Shown here: in pieces, positions 36,777-48,927 of the stretch | How positions within the stretch are numbered: position 1 is the first letter of the stretch | How the letters are laid out: the number at the start of each line of letters is the position of its first letter | Assembly: GCF_963921235.1 (NCBI RefSeq) | Contig: NC_086097.1 | Coordinates: 233,990,001 to 234,054,000, forward strand | Length of the DNA: 64,000 nt | DNA from: Mobula hypostoma | Lineage: Eukaryota | Direction of reading: 5' to 3' | Notes under the pieces: model-generated | The model's database searches: none | The model's input: the letters and a program-made list of their open reading frames with translations, nothing else | What the model was told of the DNA's origin: nothing | Program-made: the position numbers and the translations under genes

Positions 36777-36969
36777 CACAAACTAGAGAAAATCTGCAGA
36801 TGCTGGAAATCCAAGCAACACACACAAAATGCTGAAGGATCCCAGCAGGCCGGGCAGCATCTATGAAAAAAGGTCTTGCCGAAGGGTCTCAGCCCAAAAC
36901 GTCGACTGTACTTTTTTCCATATATACTGCCTGGCCTGCTGAGTTCCTCCTGCATTTTGTGTGTGTTGG
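36777..36969. mobile_element. PLE-derived hairpin mini-element
   Basis: Minus-strand tail and 3' end (36785-36866), degenerate hammerhead (36872-36908), then a plus-strand 3' end to gtgtgttg. Confidence 0.75.
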
Positions 36970-37369
36970 TTGGATGAAAAATTTGACTGTTTATTCATTT
37001 CCATAGACGCTGCCTGACATGCTCAGTTCCTCCAGTATTTTCTACGTGTTGCTCTGGATTTCCGGTATCTGAAGTACCTCTTATGTTCCTTAAAATTCAT
37101 CATAGGCTGAAGGGCCTGTTCATGCTGTTAAGTCTATGTTGTATGTACTTCAATTAAAATGCATGACAAAATGTTGCTGGTCCTTAGCACCTAAACACCA
37201 ATTGTTATTGAGAATATAAGCATTTCATATCAACTAATGTGCTTTCATAGTATTATATAATTGTTAGTTTTATGTTCAATGTTCTCTATCCCAAAGGACA
37301 AGAATCATTTGTTGGTAGGACTACTATAATAACCTTTTGACCAAAGTGATCAAATATGTTAGAATTATT

Positions 37370-37509
37370 AACAAGGGAATATCTGCTGATGCTGGAAATC
37401 AAAGTAATACACACAGAATGCTGGAGGAACTCAGCAAGCCAGGCAACATCTATGGAAAAGAGTAAGCTGTCGATGTTTCAGGCTGAGACCCTTTATCCAG
37501 ACTCATCGG
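37370..37509 (-). mobile_element. PLE mini-element (hammerhead remnant, 3' end, tail)
   Basis: Perfect 12-bp TSD gttagaattatt at 37358-37369 and 37510-37521. Confidence 0.82.
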
Positions 37510-38721
37510 GTTAGAATTATTTCAGAGTTTGATAACTCATATTGCCTGTTTCTGATCTTCCAACTTGCGCACAGAGAATGAGGCAGCACAATGCTTCTGA
37601 ATGTCTCAGGATAGAAGAGTTGAAAACTAAAATTGACTTACTGTACATATAGAAAGTGGATCAGGAAAAGTAACTCAAGAATAAAATTGAAACGGTCCAT
37701 AATACATTTCATTTTTTTGTGTAGGATTGACAAACAGAACTGGAAGATTCAAGACTGCAATTTACAAATTTGAAAGCATTTAATAGGCATTCTAGAAATA
37801 CCCCTTCTTGGGATCTAGTACCAACTTAGTTGTTCCAATCTATCTGCATACTGAAATTCCCCATGACTGTCAGAGCATTGTATTTTTGACTCCTCCTACT
37901 GGCATTGCATGGAGTAGTCGCGTTTCTCGAATGGCTCCGTTCTTTTTAAATTACTGAATCCAATCTGCTTTGAAAACTTACTTTTGGAGTATTATGATGT
38001 CTCGTGCTAAAACTTCAAAAAGAGAAGAGGATCCTTGTGTGACTGTGGAAGCTATTGCGGAGTTAATTCGTAAAGCTCAGAGCGAAACGTCTGAACAACT
38101 TTCGGGTGTATGTTTAAAAGTTACCACACAGCTTAAAAGATTGGAGATTCTGCTGCAGACTTTGCAAAAAACTTTACAGGAATATACTACTTAGATTCAA
38201 GAACATGAAGATGCTTTAACCAGACTGTTCACTAAGACATATGGATTGGAAAAGCTTGGAGATAAACAAACAAAAATCGTTGAATCTTCAAGACAAAATT
38301 TTGTCGCTTTGGAGAATAGATCATGAAGAAATAATATATGAATTTTCGGTCTTCCTGAGTTGGACGAAGGCAAGCGACCTGCAGAATTTTTTGTGAATCT
38401 GTTGGCTCGTTTGCTTTCTGATGTTTTGGATACTCCACCAAGAATAGACCAGGCACACCGAGCCCCAGTGTTTAGACCTGCCTCTCAACAAAAACCTTGA
38501 CCTGTGATACTTGCTTTTCATGACTTCCAAAGGTTTCTATAATTCACCAATCTCGTTGGTTGGGGATGATTAGCATTGAACATTATAAGATAAGACTGGT
38601 CAAAGATTATCCACCTGAGGTATTAAACAAACGTTTTAAGTATAAAAATGTTATGGCGGAGTATACATCAAAGGCAATAAACCTTCACTAAATTACCCCA
38701 CTCACCTCAGGATCATTTTGG

Positions 38722-39533
38722 AAAATAGATGTCTTAAGTGGGCTGAGAAGTTGCAGATGGAGTTCAACTCGGAGAAGTGTGAGGTAGTACACTTTGGAAG
38801 GACAAACTCCAAGGCAGAGTACAAAGTAAATGACAGGGTACTTGGTAGTGTGGAGGAGCAGAGGGATCTGGGGGTACATGTCCACAGATCCCTGAAAGTT
38901 GCCTTACAGGTGGATAGGGTAGTTAAGAAAGCTTATGAGGTGTTAGCTTTCATAAGTCGAGGGATAGAGTTTAAGAGTCGCAAGGTAATGATGCAGCTCT
39001 ATAAAACTCTGGTTAGGCCACACTTTAAGTATTGTGTCCAGTTCTGGTCGCCTCACTATAGGAAGGATGTGGAAGCATTGGAAAGGGTACAGAGGAGATT
39101 TACCAGGATGCTGCCTGGTTTAGAGAGTATGGATTATGATCAAAGATTAAGGGAGCTAGGGCTTTACTCTTTGGAGGGAAGGAGGATGAGAGGAGACATG
39201 ATAGAGGTGTACAAGATAATAAGAGGAATAGATAGAGTGGATAGCCAGGGCCTCTTCCCCAGGGCACCACTGCTCAATACAAGAGGACATGGCTTTAAGG
39301 TAAGGGGTGGGAAGTTAAAGGGGGATATTAGAGGAAGGTTTTTTACTCAGAGAGTGGTTGGTGCGTGGAACGCACTGCCTGAGTCAGTGGTGGAGGCAGA
39401 TACACTAGTGAAGTTTAAGAGACTACTAGACAGGTATATGGAGGAATTTAAGGTGGGTGGTTATATGGGAGGCAGGGTTTGAGGGTCGGCACAACATTAT
39501 GGGCCGAAGGGCTTGTAATATGCTGTACTATTC
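38722..39533 (+). mobile_element. Young CR1 3' end inside the L1
   Basis: Open 254-aa frame ending GGYMGGRV, followed by the 3' UTR. Confidence 0.94.
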
Positions 39534-41594
39534 TATTCTCCCTCTAAAGAAACTTTGGAATGTGTGATTTCTTTGGATGCTGCAAAAGCCTTTGACCAGG
39601 TTGAATGGAATTATTTGTTTAAAATATTAGAAAAAATTAAATTTGGCTCCAATTTTATTCAATGGATTAAATTACTTTATTCATCTCCCACTGCACACGT
39701 TCTTACTAACTCCCAGAGTTCTAAACCAATTAATCTCCAACGTGGAACTAGACAAGGATGTCCTTCGCTTTTTGATTTGGCTTTAGAGCCTTTAGCCATC
39801 ACGTTTCTTGAATCTGTTGACATCTCGGGTATTTTAAGGAGGGGTGTCACTCATAAGGTGTCGCTGTATGCTGATAACCTTTTGGTCTACATTTCTAATG
39901 TGGAGTCCTCTCTACCCTCAATACTCTCTTTACTTTCTGAATTTACTCAGTTCTCAGGATATAAACATCATCTTCATAAGAGTGAACTGTTTCCTTTGAA
40001 TAATTTGGTATCAGTCAACTCTGACATTTCTTTTAAAATTGTAAGAAATCAACTTACATATTTAGGTATAACAATTACTAAGAATCATAAATTTCTTTTT
40101 CAAGAAAACTTTATCACTCTTTTGGAATATGTTAGGAAGGTACTTTCAAATTGGTCTCCCCTTTCTTTATTGCTGATTGGATGTATTAATTCTATTAAAA
40201 TGAATATTTTGCCTAAATTCTTATACTTATTTCAAGCCCTACCTGTCTTTGTTCCTAAATCCTTTTCTGACTCTTTAGATTCGATTATATCTTCAAACTT
40301 ATGGAAGAATAAAACCCCCCGATTAAACAAAGTTCATCTTCAGAGAGCTAAAAAAAAAGGGATTAACCCTACCCAATATTAGGTTTTACTATTGGGCAAT
40401 CAACATATGCTACCTTATGTTTTGGATATACTATATTAATCGTTACGACTGTCCAGTTTGAGTTTCTTCAGAAGTTAATTCTGTTAATAAATTTTCTATT
40501 ATTTCTCTTCTTGGTTGTTCAATTCCTCTATCCTTAAGTAATTTAACTGATAATTATGTAGTTAAACATTCTTTGAGGATTTGGTTACAATTTAGAAAAT
40601 GCTTTGGGTTATTTGGTTTTTCACTCTCTAATCCCATTTTTTCTAATTATTTTTTAAACCTTCTTTGACTGATGTAGTTTTTAAAGAGTGGAATAGACTA
40701 GGTATTAACTGTTTTCAGGATCTGTTTGTGGAGATAGTCTTTCCTCATTTGATCAGCTATCTATTAAATATAATCTTCATAAAGCTTACTTTTTTAGATA
40801 TTTACAAATTAGAAACTTCTTGCATTCTCAACTTTATGCATTTCCTAAATGTCCAGATAAGAATTTAATTGATACAATTTTTACTTTGAAACCTTTTCAT
40901 AATGGACCTCTATCTAATATTTATAGTATTTTGTTGGCATTGAGAAACATTCCGTTAGACAAAATTAAAATCCTCTGGGAACATGACCTGCAGATTTCAA
41001 TTGATGAGGATACTTGGAATTAAATTTTTAAACTTGTTCACACCTCCTCGTTATGTGTGCATCACTTTCTTTTACAATTTAAAGTGGTTCATAGAGCCTA
41101 CATGACTAAAGAAAAGCCCTCTCATTCTTACTCAGATTTTTCTCCATACTGTAATAGGCGTAATGTCGAAGAGGCCTCTCTAATTTTGGTCCTGCCCACG
41201 GCTTGATAAATTTTAGAAAGAGGTATTTCAAACTTTCTCGGAGCTTTTTAAAGTAAACTTCTGACTGCCTTGTTCTGCATTGTTGGAGGAAATGATTTTA
41301 CTCTTAAGCCGAATGATATGCATATTTTGGCTTTTATTTCTCTTTTAGCCAGAAAACTTTTGTTGCTTAAATGGAAAGATGCTGCTCTACCTACTCATGC
41401 CCATTGGTTGATTGATGTTACGTCATGTATAAATCTAGAGAAGATTAGGTGTTCTATTTCTATACCTAGACAAGATTTTTTCACATTATGGGGACTTTTT
41501 TAGAACTGCTTTCACAATTTTCGATTTGGTCAGCAATGATGCTGGCTATTATATGTTTGAATTTATGACTATATGTCAGAGACTTTTTTTAAAA

Positions 41595-41814
41595 ACGCAA
41601 ACAACAGGAATTCTGCAGATGCTGGAAATTCAAGCAACACACATAAAAGTTGTTGGTGAACGCAGCAGGCCAGGCAGCATCTCTAGGAAGAGGTGCAGTC
41701 GACGTTAACTAGTGTTAGTCCTGACGAAGGGTCTCGGCCTGAAACGTCGACTGCACCTCTTCCTAGAGATGCTGCCTGGCCTGCTGCGTTCACCAGCAAC
41801 TTTTATGTGTGTTG
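41595..41814. mobile_element. PLE-derived hairpin mini-element in the L1 3' UTR
   Basis: 73-bp inverted arms at 41634-41706 and 41743-41815 (1 mismatch). Imperfect TSD cagaga(c/t)ttt(t/a)tt. Confidence 0.88.
41717..41752 (+). ncRNA. Minimal type-I hammerhead ribozyme
   Basis: agtc-CTGACGA-agggtctcggcct-GAAACGTC-gact, identical to 27806-27841. Confidence 0.8.
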
Positions 41815-42099
41815 CAGAGATTTTATTCTTTTTTTTAACCAAACAGCTTTTTTTCAGTTTTTTTCCTTCTCTTTTTAAAATTTTGTTATGGGGTTTTGTT
41901 TTTGCTTTGGATTAGAATAAAATATACCTTTTCAATATTATGGTTAATTTACAATACATAGTTATGGGGAAATTCAAACTTGTTTCTGTCTCCATAATAC
42001 CAAAATGTATTTTGTATTTGTCTATGAAAGTAATTAATAAAAATATTGAAAAAGAAAAGACAGCAACTTACAGATTTAAAACTATTTAATAGGCATTCT

Positions 42100-43262
42100 A
42101 GAAATACCCCTTCTTGGGATCTAATACCAACTTAGTTTTTCCAATCTATCTGCATCCTGAAATCCCCCATGACTGTCAGAACATTGCACTTTTGACACAT
42201 ATTCCCTACCTTGCACTGAAATTTGTAGCCCACATCTTTGCTGCTTACCTTCAGTCCTATGTTCATCACCCTTTTTGATTTTGTCGCAACTCATCCCATT
42301 GACTGCAATTTTGCCCTGTCATCAGCCTCCCTCCGTTTGTGCAGCAACTGCCCCATCCTCAGCTGTATTACTCCAGTTCCCATCCCCCCCTCGGGTCATG
42401 TGTAACACGTTCCTTTTGTCCAGTTTGTATCTTCCCTGGAAGAGACCCTAATGGTCCAGAAATCTGAACCCCTGCCCCTGCACTAGTTACTCAGCCTCAT
42501 ATTTATCTGGAAAATGCTCCTATTCTAACCCTCACCAGAACATGGCACAGGCAGCAATTGAGAGATTTCTACCTTGGAGGTCCTGCTTCACAGCTGTCTA
42601 TCTAGCTCCCTAAAATCTCTCTTCAAGACCTCTTCATCTTTCCTACCTATGTCATTGGCGCTAATATGCACCAAGGTTTCTAGCTGCTCACCCTTCCCCT
42701 TCAGAATGCCATGGGCCCAGTCCGAGACATTTGTGGCTCTGGCACCTGGGAGGCAACATACAACATGGGTGTCTCTATTGTGTTCACAGAATCTTGTCTT
42801 TACTCCTCTAACTATGGAATCTCCTATCTTTACCGCAGTCTCTTCACCTCTCTTCTCTTCTGAGCCACAGTGGCGTACTCAATGCCAGAGACCTGGTTGA
42901 CACAGCCCCAGCTCTCCCTCCCCCCACCCCCCGCCCCAGTATGCCACCCCCTTAACAGTATCAAGAACTGTATATCTGTATTCTCATTATTGAGGGATTA
43001 GCCACAGCCATACAATGTCCTAGCCACCTACTTCCCTTTCTCCTCCTGACAGTCACCCAGTTATGTGCCTCCTGCATCACAGGAGTGATTACCTCGCTGT
43101 AGCTCCTGTCTATCACCTCCTCAGTCTCCCATGTCAGCCGAAGGTCACTGAGCTGCGGCTCCAGTTCCTTAACACTTTCTCTGAGGAACTGCAGCTTGGT
43201 GCACGTGGTGCAGATGTGGTTATCGAGGAGGCTGGAGGTCTCCCAGAATTCTCTCATCTCAC
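42100..43262 (-). mobile_element. CR1 5' region: ORF1 (Cys-rich/coiled-coil and SGNH esterase) and an APE fragment
   Basis: ORF 42961-43257 has HICTTCTKLQ...WVTVRR. IGDSIVRG and VCCLPGAR at ~42740-42830; VMGDF at ~42170. Confidence 0.8.
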
Positions 43263-43374
43263 ATGGAGAAGGCAGGAGAATGGGGTTAAGAGAGACAATA
43301 AATCAGCCTTGATGGAATGGCAAAGCAGACTCAATGGACCGAATTGCCTAATTCTGTTGCAATGTCTAATGGTT

Positions 43375-44232
43375 TTATGGTCTTCTGCTATGGGGGCAAT
43401 AGATAAAGGGATGAACAATAACTTATTTTTAAAAAGTGAAGATAAAACTGAATTGCCCAACCCCAAAAGAGATAAACTTCTTGATAAACCTTGGAACTTG
43501 GCTCCCCTTGTAAAATCAGAAGTAAGAAGCTTATGTGTTATCCTTGATTCAGATTTAAATTTTAAATCTCTCATAAAGAAAGCGACCAGGGCAGTATTTC
43601 TACACTTCAGAAATATTGCAAAGGTAAAGTATTGTCCATTTCTGTCACTCCATGTTGCTGAAAAAACTAATTCATGCACTTATATTGAATAGACTGGTTT
43701 TCTGCAATGCAGTTTTTACCAGCCTTGCAAAGCAGTCTATTGACAAACTTCAACTCATTCAGAATGCTGCTACTAGACTTTTAACCAAAACCAGATTGAG
43801 AAAGCATATCACTTTCATCTTAACTAATCTGCTTTGGCATCCTGTATCTCTCAAAATTGATTTTCAAGTTCTCTTACTTGGTTTTGAAGTTCTCAATTGT
43901 CTGGGACCAGAGTATATCGCAGAGTCGTCTGGTTTTATAATCCCATTCGAGTTCTGAGATGTTCTTCTGCCGGTCTCTTAACTTTAAACAATTTTCCTCA
44001 AAAGATTATTGGCAGGTCAGCTTTTTCAACTATGCTCCCAAACTGTGGAATTCAATACCTAAAACTGTAAGGGATGCAGATGTAGTTGACACTTTTAAAC
44101 ATCAGCTCAAACCCATTTATTTAACCTTGCTTTTATCTAACATCAGTCTGTCTTTTATTTTTATGCTTGCACTCTTTCCCACTGTAAAGCTCTTGGAACT
44201 ATATTGTCTTTATGAAAAGTGTTCCATAAATA
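43375..44232 (+). mobile_element. L2 LINE 3' fragment
   Basis: EVRSLCVILDSDLNF...FRNIAKV, KLIHALILNRL, KLQLIQNAATRLL, APKLWNSIP. Confidence 0.85.
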
Positions 44233-44237
44233 CGTTA

Positions 44238-44365
44238 GCAACACACACAAAATGATGAAGGAATTCAGATGGCCAGGCAGCATCTATGGAAAAGAGTACT
44301 GTTGACGTTTCAGGCCAAAACCCTTCTGCAGGAATCCCTGCATCTGCAGATTTTTTTCTTATTTG
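44238..44365. mobile_element. PLE mini-element: inverted 3' end with degenerate hammerhead, plus a direct tail only
   Basis: 15-bp TSD tcc(a/t)taaata(c/t)gtta at 44223-44237 and 44366-44380. Confidence 0.78.
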
Positions 44366-44534
44366 TCCTTAAATATGTTATTAATATTTTACTGTTCTTA
44401 ATCTTTAACACTGTAAGTTCAATAAAACAAGATTTTTTATATTTAATATAAGAATCTAGCACTTTAATTATTTTAAGGATAAAGTACATTTTCATTGGTA
44501 GATCTTTCTCTCTGTTATAAAGAGGAAAACAGGA

Positions 44535-45300
44535 TGCATTTCTCCAAGAGGACCACACCCTTGTCATAGCTTGGAGGCTTACATGTTTTAGTGATCTGGA
44601 GAGCTATGTTGGCTAGAGGCAAGGCCTTATGCTTTGGCTCTTGGTGGGGTTACCTGTACTAAATGGGTCAAAAAGTAGAGGACAGACTAAGTGTGGTCCA
44701 CTGGTCCTCCAGATTCAGGGGTTAAGCTCTGGGTTAATCACCCTGACTGCTAAGACAAAATTTTTATGGAACAGGAAGGATGTTCAGGAGCATGACACAC
44801 TCACTCAGTGATTTTGGAACAGCTTCTTCTTCTCTGCCATCAGATTTCTGAATGGACATTGGACCCATTAACACTACCACACTACTCCTTTTTCTTTTTT
44901 TTGGAATACTTATTTAATTTAACATAAATATATATACCTTATTATAATTTGCAGCTTTTATTATTATGTATTGCAATGTGTTGCTACCACATAACAACAA
45001 ATTTCATGATATAGAACATAGAACATAGAATAGTACAGCACAGTACAGGCCCTTCGGCCCACAATGTTGTGCCGACCCTCCAACCCTGCCTCTCATATAA
45101 GCCCCCACCTTAAGTTCTATGCCGGTGATATTAAACCTGATTCTGATTCTGAAGAGCAATGAAAAATCCTTCTACATTTGAGTGCAACAGTATTCCTGAG
45201 TCTATGTCCAGAACTTGCATGACTGACAGTAGTGAAAACCGAGGGGAAGCTACTGACACAATGAAGGAAGCCCTGAACACCAGCAAGGATGGAGGTCTGC
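44535..45300 (+). mobile_element. RTE-like 5' fragment hosting a Rex1 3' UTR (~44780-45152), which hosts a CR1 tail (45011-45117)
   Basis: RTE-like ccttgtcatagcttggaggctt...gagagctatgtt; Rex1 tail (gattct)n; CR1 tail matching 29734-29830. Confidence 0.65.
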
Positions 45301-47207
45301 TGCCCTAAACATGGCATAATAGGCAGGAGGAGGATAGGATACATTTACGTGCTACAATAGAACAAACGAGAGAGCAAAACACCACCTGTGATGGTTGCAA
45401 AACTCAATACACACACCTTTTTAGTTATTGGAGGACATGCTTTTTTATTACAGTCCATCCTGACACCTTGCCATCCCACCCACACAACACAGAAATTGCC
45501 CCTGATACCAGCAAAATGTGTGCAGATGCTGTTTCACACATCAACAGATTGCACGGAACTATTTCTCAAAAGAGCTACTATGTACTTACTTATCCATTGA
45601 TTGAGGGCATTGCTGGTAAAGTCTGCATGTGATGCCCAGCACAATTCAAAATGCAGCTAAGATTTGACACATTGGTGCTTGAGAGATTTCTATTCTCTTT
45701 GGGATAACACATTCTTGGGAACTGGTGAAGTGCCTAGGTAGGGATCAATCATCCCAGCAACTGTCTACTTTGTGGGGGATGCTGGAGTGGATTAGATGGT
45801 TTGAAGTATGTTGCCCTCTTTTCCCTCTTCACTGCACCACCCATATAGAGGCAGGCTGGTGGCACAGCAGATCAAACCACTGACTCAATGCTCGAGAGAT
45901 CTTGATTCCATCTCGACCTTGGATGCTGTCTTTGCGGAGTCTGCATGTTCTCCTTTGTGACTGTGTTGGCTCCTCCAGTTTCCTCCATGTACAAAAATAA
46001 AGAGAGGGGGAATATGGCTGTTGGGTTTGCTCTGCTGGTTGTTGGCGTGGACCACCTTGTCTTCTTCAGTGAGGTAGATTGTATCCCCTCATAAATATTG
46101 CAAACTACGTGCAATATTAGATTAGATTAAGTTGGATAACATCTGTAACTGAGCCTAATGCCATATAATTCTATAAAAGTAAGAATGTTGACAATAGATA
46201 CTTTAGTATTGTTTCTCCCTCATTGCTGACATATTCCTTGAAAGTTCACCGCGGTTGTTGCCAGTTCAATTGCCAGGCCATGTGGAAATGTTAAATGGAG
46301 ACTTACAAGATAGTTGACATCAGCCAGTATCAGTACTCTTCAGAGATTGGCTGGTGTCAATGGTTGCAAAACCAGGACTTATGATATGCACAGCTTAGAT
46401 CAGATTAGATCAGCTTTTGTAAGCGTTTGATTATCTTCAGGATCATATTTTAACTATGCCTTTCCAGAACAAGGAGAATTACTTCATGTACAGCTCGAAT
46501 CTTCAGTATGCCCGGAGTAAGCACTACCATTGTTTCTGCCAAGCACTAAATCAGCTAAGGGGGCATATGGTCAGCCATTTGCAATTCTGCTTGTCATCTA
46601 AGAGGAGAAGTTGTTGGAATCCAAGGCTGATGAATTTCTTTCAAGTCAACCTCCTTTATTGACCATTTAATTCCAGAAGAGGCAAGGCCTGATGTTGACT
46701 GTTTTTTGACGTGCAAATCAATTTATTTAACCAAACACTTCTTTTCAAATTCCTGTTCTATTCTATCTTAAACTAGATCAATAAGAAGTAGATGTCAGAT
46801 GACATTACCTGCCGGGAGTTAAAACACGATTGGAAAAATATTGAGAACCTATATCATTTATTGCAATGTAAATACTGCCTTCATTTTTTTCAGTAAATAA
46901 TTTTGACCAACATAAATAAACTCAATGAACCTGTATGATATGTATATCATGCTCAGAAAATTAGATCATGCACTGGTCTTCGAAGTTTTTTTGTTCTGTA
47001 AGTTTCTGTGAGAGTATAAAATAGAGTTATGGAATTTTAATAGTTTTTTTGATACTAGGACCATAAGACTAAACAACTGTAAGACAGACTGTAGGAGTAA
47101 AATTAGCCATTCAGCCTGTCAAGTCTGCTCGACATTCCATCGTGGCTGATTTATTATCCCTCTCGCTACCATTCTCCTTCCTTCTCCCTGTAAACCTTAG
47201 TATTCAA

Positions 47208-47651
47208 CCTGGAGTGGTGTGGTGGAAATGTATCTCTATGAAAGGAGGTATAAGGCACTCTTTCCCTCCCTAACTCGCAGGTCACCATTGGGCATGTGTG
47301 GTACCTGTTTAGCCTCCCGATCAGGATCACATGAAGCCATGGAAGCAGGTGGCGGATGGTTGTATGAACAGCTGGTGCATGTCATAAGTCCTGGTTTTGC
47401 AACCATTGATGCCAGCCAATCTCTGAAGGATATTGATACTGGATGATGTCAACTGTCTTGTAAAGACACTGCCCAGAAGAAGGCAATGGCAAAACGCGTG
47501 TAGAAAAATTCGCCAAGAACAATCATGGTCATGGAGACTACAAGAACACATATTATATGACACGGCATATGATGGTGATGATAATGGTGGTGGTAGTGGT
47601 GGTGATAATGATGACGATGGTGATGGTGATGATAATGATGATGATGATGAT
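47208..47651 (+). mobile_element. SINE-like element with an RTE-type 3' end and (GAT)n tail
   Basis: gaaggcaatggcaaa...aaaattcgccaagaacaatcatggtc. Homologous copies at ~46310-46395, 57128-57415 and 62514-62872. Confidence 0.75.
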
Positions 47652-48129
47652 CAACATTACTTTAAATATATCCAATAACTTTGCTTTGGTTGCTACTCAG
47701 AACATGACACAGACTACTGGACACATGACTAATGCTGTAGTATCAAAGTGAATTTGCATGACCCTTGTCTAGTTCTCAATGGTATGGATCTTTTTGATAA
47801 AATGCATATAACCTAACATTCTTAAATGCTTTACTTACAACCTTAGCAAATCTATATGGGTATTAGGGGTTGTTTAGAAGCACAAGGAAACACATGTTGT
47901 CAGAAAAAGAAGTTTATCATGCATTTGATCTCTCAGGAAGGCTTCACATCGGAACAAATGAAAACAAAGGACAGAAAATATCCATCTGCTTCATTGAATC
48001 TTACACACAAGATTTCTATGAATCTTATACACTCCATAATCCTTCTCTCTCCCTTACCCACCAGCCATTTTTTGCAGAGACAGAAAGGAATCCACAAACA
48101 TACAAGCTACTTGGGGAATAAAATAGTTT

Positions 48130-48580
48130 CAAAGTTCAAAAGTTCGAAGTAAATTTATTATCAAAGTACATATATGTCACCATATACAACCATGAGATCT
48201 CTCTTCTTGCTAGCATACTCAATAAATCCAAGAAACATTACAGAATCAGTGAAACACCGCACCCAGCAGAATGGACAAACAACCAATGTGCAAAAAAAAA
48301 GCAACTGTGCAAATACAAAAGGGGGAAAAAAAAGAAAAATTAATACCTGGAGCATGAGATGAAAAGCCCTCTATAGTTTATGGGAACATTTCAGTGATGG
48401 GGCAAATGAAGATGAGTGAAGTTATCTCCCACTGGTTCAAAAGGTACCAGTGGTTAGGGGGTAGTAACTGTTCCTGAACCTGGTGGTGTGGGTCCTGAGG
48501 CTTCTATGCCTCCTTCCTGATGGCAGTAGTGAGAAGAGAGAATGGTCTGGGTGGTGGGGAACTTTGATGATGGATGGTCT
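48130..48580 (-). mobile_element. Rex1-type 3' end
   Basis: Reverse match to 11200-11300 and 33660-33750. Confidence 0.75.
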
Positions 48581-48927
48581 GTCTCTGACTCTAGATGGTG
48601 ATCAAAGAAGTGAAAGGGAGATCTTCTCAAATATTCTATTGCTTTCCATCTATCATTGCATTGTCTTCACTAAGGAGCTTTCCACCTCCCTTCTGATTAA
48701 ATCGAATAAATTCCTCCACACTATTCAAACTGACAGCCTGCTTGAAGACCATGAACTACAAGGACCATGCTCCTACAGCACAGGAGAAGAATTAGGTCAT
48801 TTGGTCTATCGGGTCTGCTTGGCCATTCAATCATGGCTGATTTATTTTCCTTCTCAACCTATTTCCCTGTCTTCTCCCTATAACCTTCGATGTCCTTGTT
48901 AATTAAGAACCTATCTGCTTGCATTTT

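Larger units (their letters stand above)
37891..42056 (+). mobile_element. L1-clade LINE with decayed ORF1 and RT/C-terminal ORF2; endonuclease region missing
   Basis: ORF1 remnants at 37970-38720. ORF2 has ISLDAAKAFD, RGTRQGCP, SLYADNLL and KMNILPKFLYLFQ. AATAAA at 42036 and an A-rich tail. Confidence 0.9.

Noticed and set aside
47433..47751. Asp-rich and Met/Val-rich ORFs
   Set aside because: They are translations of a (GAT/GGT)n SINE tail.
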